Positions 10,002-18,879 of a stretch of DNA of 64,000 bases are shown here, in pieces. A model generated the notes under the pieces. It ran no database searches. It was given only the letters and a program-made list of their open reading frames with translations, and had not been told where the DNA came from. Numbering within the stretch: the stretch's first letter is position 1; each line of letters starts with the position of its first letter. The position numbers and the translations under genes were made by a program. Source of the stretch: a virus; IMG/VR virus record IMGVR_UViG_3300036773_000146, positions 1-64,000 of that record. The stretch is one strand, 5' to 3'.

Positions 10002-10514
10002 CTAGCGCAGAAGGCTCTTCCACACGCGCAATCGCCGTCCCTGATCGTGATCGGCGCGCTCGCGCTCCGAATCGGCGTACCGGTCGGTCGCCTCGATCAG
10101 GCCCTTGCGCGCGGCCGCCTTGCACATGGCCGACATACCCGAGGTCATCGGCACCCGATCGCCGAGCACCGACCACACCTGATCGGTGGTGAACTCAGCA
10201 TGCTGCTCGGCCACCTCGGTGATCGCCGATTCCACCAACAGGCGCTGAACGGGTGTCCACGACTGGGCCGCTCGTTCTGCGCCCTCAGCGCCCGCCTGGC
10301 GGGAGTTCATCTTCGCCGCGAGCGCGCGGACCTTGCTGACGGCCACGGGGCTCTCGACGACCTTGGGCGGCTCATAGGACGGGTTGGGCCAGTCCACGTG
10401 CTGGCTGCGCACCGCCGACCAGCCCGAGCAGCTCTTGTGGTTGGGCCGGGTCTTGTCGCAGCGCAGCGTCTCGCCGTCCCGCTCGCTGGTTTGCCCGCAC
10501 TCACTCGCCGTCAT
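10002..10514 (-). CDS. Hypothetical protein (possible C-terminal wHTH)
   Basis: ORF overlapping the stop of the upstream gene; helical C-terminal half. Confidence 0.6.
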   Translation of the reverse strand: MTASECGQTSERDGETLRCDKTRPNHKSCSGWSAVRSQHVDWPNPSYEPPKVVESPVAVSKVRALAAKMNSRQAGAEGAERAAQSWTPVQRLLVESAITEVAEQHAEFTTDQVWSVLGDRVPMTSGMSAMCKAAARKGLIEATDRYADSERERADHDQGRRLRVWKSLLR

Positions 10515-10734
10515 CGTTGCCCCGGGCGAGGAAGGCGTTGCGCTGCTCGCCCTCGCTCTTTTCCACGGTGAAGTCGGGCGGGGAGGTGAGCACGATCTCG
10601 TCCCGGTTGCACCCGAAGAAGTCGGCGGCGATCTCCAGCGCGTCCATCTCGATCTGGGCCAGGGAGTGACCGCGCACCGAGATCGTGGCCCTGGCGGTCG
10701 CGTAGGCGAAGGCCTCGGGGTCGATGGTGAACAT
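10501..10734 (-). CDS. Hypothetical protein
   Basis: ATG preceded by CCGCACAGGAGG (10740-10751). Confidence 0.7.
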   Translation of the reverse strand: MFTIDPEAFAYATARATISVRGHSLAQIEMDALEIAADFFGCNRDEIVLTSPPDFTVEKSEGEQRNAFLARGNDDGE

Positions 10735-11093
10735 GGATTCCTCCTGTGCGGGAACGGTGAGCATAGAGCGGCCCCGCTGCACGGGGGACGCAGCGGGGCC
10801 GCATCCGGTGCCCTGATCGGGGGTTCACGGCACCGGTATTCCGATGGTCAGTGCCGGTGCGGCGCCAGCAGGTGGTTGACCTGCTCGATCGCCTGCGGCA
10901 TACCCGGTGCGGCGAAGAGGACCAGGGTGTTGTGCCCGGTGTCCACGTTCCACTGGTGGCGGCCCACCTTGTGGACGTGCAGCCTCGGTTGTCCGTCTGC
11001 TCTCGGTGCGGGTGCGGTCATGTCCCTCAACTCCCAGGTGTGTGCGAGGGGGTGCTTCTGCTTGTTGGGTGTCGGTGGTGGCTGTGATCACAG

Positions 11094-11681
11094 CTACTCG
11101 GTGTCGAGCTTGCGCAGGCGCTCGCGCAGCTTCAGCTCCTTCCGCATCCGCTTGATCAGAGGCTGGGCGCGCAGCCACTGATCGGGGGTCTCCCGGTCAT
11201 AGGCGTCGAAGACCTCGTCGGGCGCGTTCATCAGGTACCGGGAGGCGTAGCTGAGGTGGAGCTTCTGTGCGGAGCGCTCCAGCAGCGCGAGGGTGTTGGT
11301 CAGGTGCGTGGTGTGCATCGCGCGGATCTCGTGCGCGGTGCCGTCCTTGGACACCCACCACTTCCGCTGGCCGAGCAGGTCGAGAGGGGTGACGCCGAGC
11401 GGCGGCTGCTCGTCCGGGTATGCGGTCCAGACATGCACCGCATGGCGCGCGTTCATCTCGCTGCGCTCGGCGTCGGTGTAGGGGCGGCCCGGCAGCGCGA
11501 CAGAGAGGTAGACGTCCGGGTCACCCTCCTGGGCCTCGGTACGCAGCGGGACCGCCTTGCGCTCGACGGACCAGCCATCCACAATCACGCCCGCGACGGC
11601 ACGGGGAGTGCCCAGGCCGGGTGCCAGCTCTTTGAGTGTGGCCTCGATGCTGTCGATCAGCTCATCGCGGGGATCCTGCAT
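11094..11681 (-). CDS. Hypothetical protein
   Basis: ATG preceded by CCGCACTGGAGG (11689-11700) and a promoter at 11721-11748. Confidence 0.7.
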   Translation of the reverse strand: MQDPRDELIDSIEATLKELAPGLGTPRAVAGVIVDGWSVERKAVPLRTEAQEGDPDVYLSVALPGRPYTDAERSEMNARHAVHVWTAYPDEQPPLGVTPLDLLGQRKWWVSKDGTAHEIRAMHTTHLTNTLALLERSAQKLHLSYASRYLMNAPDEVFDAYDRETPDQWLRAQPLIKRMRKELKLRERLRKLDTE

Positions 11682-11720
11682 GATACGACCTCCAGTGCGG
11701 TCTCTGTGTGTACTCAATCG

Positions 11721-11748
11721 ACAATACCACTTCGGGTAGAAAAGACAA
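11721..11748 (-). promoter_or_regulatory. Palindrome-containing sigma70-type promoter (variant)
   Basis: TTGTCT-N16-TATTGT with a CTACCCGAAGTGGTAT core. Confidence 0.55.
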
Positions 11749-11809
11749 GGCCCCCGAGACGTGAGTCCCGGGAGCCTTGGTTCTGGCCACCCCACCAGAT
11801 GGATCTAGC

Positions 11810-12139
11810 TCAGTCCTCGTCGAGGTCCGGCTCGGGGTCCGAGGACGGCTCGGCGGTGCTGCCGAGGTCCTTGCGCAGCCGCGCGATGTCCTCGACGTCG
11901 AGCAGGCCGTGTTCGTAGCCCAGGCCCACGGCGTCGGCGCGGTTCTGTGCGCCGAGGCGCTGCATGACGAGCTTGACGTTCATCTTCGCCGCGTCCATCG
12001 TGACGGGCTTGCCGGTGAGGTGCTCGGCGATCTGCTGGTTGGTCAGGCCGATCGCCATCAGGCGCAGTGTCTCCAGCTGGCGTGGGGTCAGGGGGTTGAC
12101 CTCGGTGATCGTCGGCGGGGTTTCGGTCGGTTCGGTCAT
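11810..12139 (-). CDS. LuxR/NarL-family helix-turn-helix regulator (stand-alone HTH)
   Basis: LTPRQLETLRLMAIGLTNQQIAEHL...KLVMQRLGAQNRADAV matches the LuxR C-terminal signature. Confidence 0.9.
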   Translation of the reverse strand: MTEPTETPPTITEVNPLTPRQLETLRLMAIGLTNQQIAEHLTGKPVTMDAAKMNVKLVMQRLGAQNRADAVGLGYEHGLLDVEDIARLRKDLGSTAEPSSDPEPDLDED

Positions 12140-12199
12140 GACGGCCTCGTTTCGTCGGCAGGCTGCGGGGTGCGCCTGAGAAGGAAGATCTTGTCACCA

Positions 12200-12228
12200 A
12201 TACTACCCCATCGGGCAGTACCCATCCA
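12200..12228 (-). promoter_or_regulatory. Palindrome-containing promoter/operator upstream of the LuxR-type gene
   Basis: TACTACCCCATCGGGCAGTA; -10 TAGTAT with a weak -35 TGGATG. Confidence 0.55.
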
Positions 12229-12461
12229 GGCATACTCCCTCGTTGTGGATCAGGAGCTGCGGAATCAGTACAAATGCGCCCCGTCACGGGCGAAAGCGAA
12301 GAAGGCCCGGCGGATGTCCACCACGGCTTGCAGCTGGGTGGGGGTGAGGTCTTCGGCGATCAGGTCGAAGGTGATGCTCAGCGTGCCGGTGGGCACGATG
12401 GCGGTGCGGCGCCAGGTGATCCGGCCCTCCGACAGGTCCACTGTCTCTTCCAGGTGAGCGC

Positions 12462-13286
12462 TCATTCGGCGGTCGGCTCCTTGACGTGGTCGATGTAGTT
12501 GCCCAGCGTGGCGTGCTGGCGCTTGAGCGTGTCCAGCAGCATGGTCAGCTGGTGCTCGTGTCGCTGGATCTTGATCCGGGTCACGGACAGGTCGGAGATC
12601 GCCTCGGCGGCCTCCGCCTGGTCGGGGAAGTGGCTCAGTCCGTAGACGTTGTGCTCGTTGTTCCGCCGCATCACGGTCTTGATCAACTCGATGGCCCACT
12701 TCTCTTCGGGCCTGAGCGCCTGTGCCTCGTACTTCCTGGTGTGCAGGGTCCGGCGCAGGTCGTCGTTTTCCTGGCGCATGCGCGCGGCATCTTCTCGGGC
12801 CCAGCGGTACGCGCGCTCGCGCTCGTGCGTGCCCCAGAAGGACTTGGCCGCGATCGTGCGGTAGGCCGGGCCCAGATCGTCGACCTTCACCTTGGGCGCG
12901 TCGCGCAGCATGGTCATCGAGCGGGTCCGGCGGCCGGACGGCGGAGCCATAATGCCCCAGCGCTCGGGGATCTCCAGGCCCTCGACCAGAGCCGGGTCGG
13001 CGACGACCAGCCACCACTGCTGGCAGTACCGCAGCCACGGGTCCGGCTTGGTCAGGTCCTCCAGCTCGTGCACGAGGTCGGCGCGGGTCACCTTGATCTC
13101 GTGGCCGACCAGCTGGTAGCCGGACGAGCTGCCGAGGCCCATGGCGATCAGGTCGGCGCGCCGGTTGCTGCTCGGCGCCTGGATCTCCGAGAGCAGGTTC
13201 CACGAAGGTTGCCGGTTCGGCGGGTTGTAGTGCGCCTCCAGCAGCTTGAGCACGCTGCGCGCGTCGAGCTTCTTCGGTTCGGTCAT
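12462..13286 (-). CDS. MmcB-like PD-(D/E)xK nuclease-fold protein
   Basis: RRADLIAM...GHEIKVTRADL...K...YCQQWWLV motif; start motif at 13291-13302. Confidence 0.7.
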   Translation of the reverse strand: MTEPKKLDARSVLKLLEAHYNPPNRQPSWNLLSEIQAPSSNRRADLIAMGLGSSSGYQLVGHEIKVTRADLVHELEDLTKPDPWLRYCQQWWLVVADPALVEGLEIPERWGIMAPPSGRRTRSMTMLRDAPKVKVDDLGPAYRTIAAKSFWGTHERERAYRWAREDAARMRQENDDLRRTLHTRKYEAQALRPEEKWAIELIKTVMRRNNEHNVYGLSHFPDQAEAAEAISDLSVTRIKIQRHEHQLTMLLDTLKRQHATLGNYIDHVKEPTAE

Positions 13287-13371
13287 CCGTCCTCCAGTGC
13301 GGGCTGAGAAAGTCGTGGGGTGGATACGACACCGGGCCCTATGACCGGCATAGGGCCCGGATACAACCAGG

Positions 13372-15458
13372 TCAGGCGCAGCACTCCGCGACCCAGGCGA
13401 AATCCGGCGGCCGAGGCTGCCTGATCAGGGTGCCGGGCCCAAAGGTCGTGCCGCACACGCAGACCCCGGGGTACTGCGCGGGAAACCAGCGCGGATCGGT
13501 GGCTGTCAGCTTCGCGCGCAGGCTCCCGGTGTCGGCGGCCGCCTGCTCCTCGACGGTCCTGTTGTTGCCCCGGCAGTGGGAGCACATGCTCGCAGGCATG
13601 TCGTAGTGCTCGCAGTAGTCGCTGGGGTCGACCATCAGTCCTCGTCCTCGTCGAACAGCTGGTCAAAGCAGTCAGGATGCGTACCGCTGATCAGCATCTC
13701 CCGCTCGTCGGCGGTGAGGTCCGGCAGTGCGTCCTGGATGTGTGCGCCTGCTCGCCAGAGGTCGACGCCGTTGGCCGGGGCCGTGATCTCGCTCGTGCGC
13801 AGGCACACGACACACGGCTTGGTGGTGATGGTGGTCATCTCGATCGCCATCAGCCCTCGTCCTCGATCAGCTCGAAGTGGCGGCGCTGCAAGCCGAAGGT
13901 CGGGTGATCATCGTCATCGAGCTGGAGCAGGAAGTGGGTCACGAACGCGTTTTCCATGCCGGGCACCTCGACGACGACACCGCTTACGCGCTTGTCGGTC
14001 CAGTACAAGACACCGGGGTGCGTGCGCACCTTCGCGCCGACCGGCACGTCCGCGCCGGTTTCGGCCGGAGTCCCGGGGATAACGCCGATCATCGGGTGCT
14101 GGGAGATCACCTCGTCGCCCAGGCGCTGGCCGAGGTTGCCCTCGGCGGTGGACCAGATCGCCGTCCACTCGGTGTCGACGAGTTCGCTGTCGGGGTAACC
14201 CGGCGGGATCCGGGCCCAGATCGTGTGCCCGTCGCCGTGCTCCTCGCGGCGGATCGTGCCGATGGGGTCCATTACGCCTCCTGAAGCTCGGTGGTGGGTC
14301 GCAGGGTGGACCAAGTGCCCACGGCCTGCGGAGAGAGCTGCTGAGTGTGCCAGTGGCTGCGCTGGGTCGGCTCGGCCCAGACCACGGTCCACGGGAGGAC
14401 CCGGTTGCGCTCGGGGGTGTGCATGGCGATCGTGCCGTCGAGCGCGATACGGGCCTCGCGGTTCTGCATGACGTGCCTCCAGTGCGGCGGGTGGATCAGG
14501 AGTTGAGCTGAATGCGGTGCGGAATTTGGCTGAGCGCGTAGAACTGCTCCCAGTCCATCAGGCCCTCGGGCACAGGACCCTCGATGGCCCACTTGCGCAG
14601 ACCATGACCGTCGTTGTTCACGCCGTTCGGACCCCAGTAGTCCCAGTCGCCCGTGCGCGTGAGCGCGAGAACCAGTGCGTCCCCTCGAAAGATCTTGGCC
14701 TCGACGGCGTCGCACTGGCCGAAGTACTCCTCGGTGCAGTCCCGGCCGCCCTCGGCGGTGAGCTGCCAGCGGTAGCCCCCGCGCAACGGGGGAAGGAAGC
14801 TCCACAGCTCAGCCATCAGACCACCCCCGCCAAGGTGACGGCCTCGTCGAGGGTGGCCACGACGTTTCCGCAGTGGTAGCCCTCCTCGACCTCCCAGCCG
14901 GTGTCAACGCGCACGAGGGCGATGGCCAGGTCGCCGGTCTCGCACCAGAGCCGGACCGCGTCGGCGTCGACCGGGTCGATGTGCCCGGTCCGGTCCCACT
15001 CGCCCTGGCACAGCTGCCAGGAATAGCCCTCGGGCAGCTCGGGAAGCTCGTACATCAGAGACTCCGCTCGAAGGCCTGGTCCCAGGCGGCCGCCCAGGCG
15101 GGCTGGGGGCCACGCGAGGGCGTGACGCCGACGTAAGCGGCCAGGGACTCCAGCGCGGCCAGGGACGCCCGGGAGTCGGCTTCACTGTGTGCCTGGGCGA
15201 TCTCGCCGAGCAGGGTGTTCGCATTGACGGGAATCGCACCGGACGAGCCAAAGCTGTACAGCGCGCTGTGCTGTCCTTCGTGCCACACCATCGCAGTGAC
15301 GCGGGCGTGCGTGTCGCTCATCAAACCCATCAGCTCCAGCTCTTCTTGCCGTGCTTGCGACGGCGGGAGTACTTGCTCTTGTCGCGGTGGCGGGCCGCTG
15401 CTGACGAGCGGCGCAGCTCCTGAACCTGACGGACCTTCTCGGCCTGACGCTCGGGCAT
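13372..15458 (-). other. Operon of 8 small hypothetical genes (13372-13635, 13635-13850, 13850-14272, 14272-14469, 14496-14816, 14816-15055, 15055-15330, 15330-15458)
   Basis: Mostly coupled TGATG/TAATG stop-start overlaps; start motifs at 14476 and 15466. Confidence 0.7.
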
Positions 15459-15486
15459 TTCGACACCTCCAGTGCGGTATTCCTCG

Positions 15487-15516
15487 ATACTACCCGATCG
15501 AGTAGGCTCCTGGCAA
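15487..15516 (-). promoter_or_regulatory. Palindrome-containing sigma70-type promoter
   Basis: TTGCCA-N18-TAGTAT; core CTACCCGATCGAGTAG on the plus strand. Confidence 0.75.
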
Positions 15517-15520
15517 GAGC

Positions 15521-15554
15521 AAAGCCCCGAGGGCCACAAGGACCTTCGGGGCTT
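15521..15554 (-). terminator. Terminator of the tRNA/ncRNA operon
   Basis: AAGCCCCGA...TCGGGGCTTT hairpin. Confidence 0.6.
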
Positions 15555-15559
15555 CGTCT

Positions 15560-15810
15560 GCCGGTCCGGTGACCGCTCGCGGGCTGGCGGGTGCTGCTAG
15601 GAACCCTGACCCGACACGCCGCATCACCGAACCGGCATCCCGTCGCGGAGCGTGGGCCGCTCGGGGAAGAAGATGCGGGGGCCGTAAACCCTCGGCCGCA
15701 CCGGGATCGTGCCTCGGACGGGTCGCAACGCGCCTTATCCGAGGTTGGCCTCCCGATGCCCCATGACCGGCTCTCGCCGGTTGCACGCCGGGGTGCGTGC
15801 GGGCATCCGC
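15560..15810 (-). ncRNA. Putative structured ncRNA(s) downstream of tRNA-Trp
   Basis: Three-way junction GATGCCC/GGGCATC with a GAGA tetraloop stem, and a 77-nt hairpin at 15560-15636. No credible ORF. Confidence 0.5.
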
Positions 15811-15812
15811 CG

Positions 15813-15885
15813 CAGGGATGGAGGGACTCGAACCCCCAACCACCGGTTTTGGAGACCGGCGCGCTACCAGTTGCGCTACATCCCT
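15813..15885 (-). tRNA. tRNA-Trp(CCA)
   Basis: Cloverleaf: AGGGATG/CATCCCT acceptor, CCGGT-CTCCAAA-ACCGG anticodon arm, GGTTCGAGTCC T arm. No encoded CCA end. Confidence 0.95.
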
Positions 15886-16007
15886 CTGATGGCCCCGGGT
15901 TGCCTAGGACCCGAGACCACCACTGTCCTCGCGGATACAGCATCTCGCGACCCGCCAAGAGTGCACCGGCACGAGGGCCGGGAGAGCGTGGCTGACTGTC
16001 GAGACCG

Positions 16008-16079
16008 TACCGCCGGGAGGAATCGAACCTCCGACCGCGCGATTATGAGTCGCGGGCTCTGCCACTGAGCTACGGCGGT
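16008..16079 (-). tRNA. tRNA with CAT anticodon (Met or Ile2)
   Basis: ACCGCCG/CGGCGGT acceptor, CGCGA-CTCATAA-TCGCG anticodon arm, GGTTCGATTCC T arm. Confidence 0.93.
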
Positions 16080-16099
16080 GTTGCGACGATGAGCTTTTG

Positions 16100-16225
16100 T
16101 ACCGAACCGGGGAGTCGAACCCCGCCTGCCCCCAAAGGGGCTGCACACACGTGCTGAACGGCCCGCACTGTCCCTGCGCAAGGACTTGAACTACGACTGT
16201 GCCCGGCCGTCGGGATCGGCGAGTG
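16100..16225 (-). ncRNA. tRNA-like element with a canonical T-arm but a non-canonical 5' part
   Basis: CGGGG-TTCGACT-CCCCG T-arm plus GTTCGGT-A 3' strand. Upstream hairpins do not form D or anticodon arms. Confidence 0.45.
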
Positions 16226-16277
16226 CGCAAACACGTCTCTGTCCGTGCCCTGGCGCCGAGGAGCTACCTCAGCGTTG

Positions 16278-16351
16278 TGGCCCCTGCGGGATCCGAACCC
16301 GCGTCCTTCCGGCTGAGAACCGGACGTCCTCGTCCACTAGACCAAGGGGCC
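16278..16351 (-). tRNA. tRNA-Glu(CTC)
   Basis: GGCCCCT/AGGGGCC acceptor and TCCGG-TTCTCAG-CCGGA anticodon arm. The T-loop TTCGGAT has G at the usually invariant A58. Confidence 0.9.
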
Positions 16352-16476
16352 GTGTCGCCCCGCTCGCCTTCCGGTCATGCCCCAGATCAGCGAGCGGGAC
16401 TTCCGCACCTCCACGAGATGCGGCAGCTTGGACGCCGCCCCCGATCTGGGGGATCCGGAGCGGCGCGCCGATGATC

Positions 16477-16566
16477 TTACTTGCGCTTCGGGTCACCTCG
16501 CCGGGGGGTGGTGCCGGTGTCCGTCTTGGACAGCTCATCGGTGAGGATCTTGTCGACGCGGTCCAT
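16477..16566 (-). CDS. 29-aa peptide MDRVDKILTDELSKTDTGTTPRRGDPKRK at the head of the tRNA operon
   Basis: GAGGGAG RBS, ATG to TAA, GC3-rich codons. Confidence 0.45.
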   Translation of the reverse strand: MDRVDKILTDELSKTDTGTTPRRGDPKRK

Positions 16567-16615
16567 GTGCTGCTCCCTCGGTCGGGGTCAGGGGCTCTGT
16601 GCTCTGCTAAGAAGG

Positions 16616-16644
16616 ACACTACCCGAACGGGCAGGTATCGTCAA
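16616..16644 (-). promoter_or_regulatory. Palindrome-containing promoter driving the tRNA/ncRNA cluster
   Basis: TTGACG-N17-TAGTGT; core CTACCCGAACGGGCAG. Confidence 0.75.
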
Positions 16645-16647
16645 CCC

Positions 16648-17235
16648 TCAGGCGAGGCCCTGCTCGTAATCGGTGACGAAGTCCCACATGAGCTGGTGCC
16701 AGCGGGCGTCGGCCAGCGCGTTGTGCTCGCCACCGGGGTGCTTGGGCAGGCTGGCGGCGATGCCCAGCCGGTCGGCCTCCTGCCGGACGTCGCGGGTGTA
16801 CATGGGCAGGTGCTTGGGCCGGTTGATCATCGAGCCCCAGAGCTGCATCAGGGCCACGTGGTCGTAGGCCGAGAAGTAGCCCCACAGCTCGGCGGGGTTG
16901 CTGGCGTCCTCGCCGCAGGCCGAGGTGAACTCACGTACCTCGTTGCGGATCTGGCGCAGCGACTTGACCTTGATGCTGCCCAGGTCCAGGGAGAACTCCT
17001 TCGGCGAGTTCGTCGGCGGCGTGTGCGCCCAGACGCCATCGCGGGCCAGCGGCAGGTGCGGGACGACGTTGCCCATCAGCCAGTCGTGGCGCCGGATGCT
17101 CGCGTGCAGCTCACCGGCGTTCACCATCTCGTTAACCGCGTAGTACTCGCGACCGTCCTCCGCGACGATCCCGATGGAGATCAGCTCGATGGTCATGCCG
17201 TTCTCCAGGAATTCTTGATCATAGAAGTACCTCAT
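16648..17235 (-). CDS. DEDDh 3'-5' exoribonuclease (RNase AS / Rv2179c-like)
   Basis: MRYFYDQEFLE...ELISIGIVAEDGREYYAV...AYDHVALMQLWG...HNALADA. Confidence 0.9.
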   Translation of the reverse strand: MRYFYDQEFLENGMTIELISIGIVAEDGREYYAVNEMVNAGELHASIRRHDWLMGNVVPHLPLARDGVWAHTPPTNSPKEFSLDLGSIKVKSLRQIRNEVREFTSACGEDASNPAELWGYFSAYDHVALMQLWGSMINRPKHLPMYTRDVRQEADRLGIAASLPKHPGGEHNALADARWHQLMWDFVTDYEQGLA

Positions 17236-18020
17236 CGGCGACTCCTCCGTGCTCGCTGGCGGCGGGTGTACTCCCGGCCGTTGGGGGTGGGCAGCTTCTT
17301 GCGCTCGAAAATCGATCCGTGGCCGTACGGCCACTCGGCGCACCCACATCGGCAGGCCGCCGGACCGTGGCCGGAGCCGTGGTGGACACCGCAGGGGCAG
17401 TAGTCGTCCACGCAGCAGCCGTGCTTGCACACCCGCCCGACGACCTTGCCGCGCAGCGGGGCTCCGCAGCACTTCCGGGGCGGAAACTCGATCGTCTCCG
17501 GGCAGACCCCGTCGAACAGTTCGTGCTCCCAGCCCTGACAACCGCAGGACAACGTCCGAGCCTCGGGGAACTGCTCCTCGATGCTCATGTGCCGATGCTC
17601 TGCTGGTGGGCGCGGATTTTCTCCAGGACGTCCCAGACGTTGGCCACGTCGCCGAGGTAGTCGACCAGGACGCCCTCGTCGCCCTCGTCCTCCGAGTAGC
17701 CGAGCAAGAGGTCGCCGTCCTCCATGTAGACGTAGTAGTGCTGATGCAGGTCAGGCATCGTCGTCCTCCTGCTCGACGGCCTCGGCCTCGGTGGCGAGGT
17801 AGGAGCGGCCGACGGCGTTCTCCACCGCCTTGCGAAGGCAGCCGGGCTTGCACGCCCACACGGCGGCCCCGGCGCGGGCTGCGAGCGACCCGTTGCTCCA
17901 CAGGTCCACCAGCGGGATGTGGTAGCCGTCCGGCTTCGGCGCGCCCTCGGCCACGAGCCGCACGGTGCCGCACTCGGCATCGCACGCGTACTCGGTGCCC
18001 TTGATCTCCTTGCTTGCCAT
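17232..18020 (-). other. Three small hypothetical genes (17232-17588 Cys-rich, 17585-17758, 17751-18020)
   Basis: Overlapping start/stop codons with RBSs. Confidence 0.6.
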
Positions 18021-18031
18021 GTCTCTCCTTC

Positions 18032-18658
18032 TCAGCCCAGCATCTTTTGCAGGGCGGTTTTCTCCGGTGCGGTGACGGTCAGGTGGAACTTCGCCTTCAC
18101 CGCGATCCAGTCGGCGGCGTAGGTCGGCCAGAAGCTCGTCAGCGGCGGCTTCCACTGGTCCGGGCGGCGGTCGCCCTTCTGCTCGTTCAGCCGCGCCGTA
18201 ACGGCGATCAGCTCGGGGTCGGCCAGGTTGTTGGCGAAGGCCAGCCGCTGGGCATCGCTCCAGGACCACGCTCCGGCCGCCCAGGCTTCCCCCAGCGGCA
18301 CGACGTGGTCGATCTGGAGCTTGGCCGCCGAGGTGTAGCTCTGGGCGTCGTAGGGGCTCACCCAGCTTCCGGACAGGGCCCGGCACTGTCGGTCGGTCCG
18401 GACGTTGCTGCCCTGGGTCTTCAGCACGGCCTCGCGGGTGTTGCAGCCGTGACCCTGGTTAGCCCAGCCGTCGCCGAACTTCGTGCGCACGTACCCGGTC
18501 GGGTGCGGCGCGAAGACGGTGAGAGACGCCAGCTGCTGACGAGCGCCGGTGGTGTTGGGGCTCGGGCCGGTCAGGCGGTGCGGGGCGGTCGTCGGCGTGC
18601 AGGCAGTCAGTGCTACGGCCAGTACGGCCGTGGTGATGGCGAGGGTGGTGCGATTCAC
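18032..18658 (-). CDS. Secreted or lipoprotein HNH nuclease (DUF1524-like)
   Basis: Signal peptide with lipobox LTAC; QIDHVVPL...AFAN...LIAV...N..KGD...W motif. Confidence 0.85.
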   Translation of the reverse strand: MNRTTLAITTAVLAVALTACTPTTAPHRLTGPSPNTTGARQQLASLTVFAPHPTGYVRTKFGDGWANQGHGCNTREAVLKTQGSNVRTDRQCRALSGSWVSPYDAQSYTSAAKLQIDHVVPLGEAWAAGAWSWSDAQRLAFANNLADPELIAVTARLNEQKGDRRPDQWKPPLTSFWPTYAADWIAVKAKFHLTVTAPEKTALQKMLG

Positions 18659-18879
18659 GGGTTGCTCCTCGTGCAGTGTCGGCAGACGAGTCGCCAGCCC
18701 TCGGGACCGTTCAGCACGACCACAGAGGGGAAGCCGCAGTTGGCGCAGGGCAGCGCCAGGCGTTTCCGCGCAAACTGCGGCGCGCGGACCTTGCGGTCGG
18801 CGACGATGTCAGGGTGGACCACGATTCCTCCGGTGCGGGTTGTGGTACCCGGAAGGGTACGGTACTCGGATGGGTAGGG

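Noticed and set aside
16100-16207. tRNA-Sec or tmRNA call
   Set aside because: No UCA anticodon arm is present, and the element is too short and lacks a tag ORF; it is reported only as tRNA-like.
17236-17985. 445-aa version of the exoribonuclease ORF
   Set aside because: The domain begins at MRYFYD (17235), and the upstream part overlaps three other genes.
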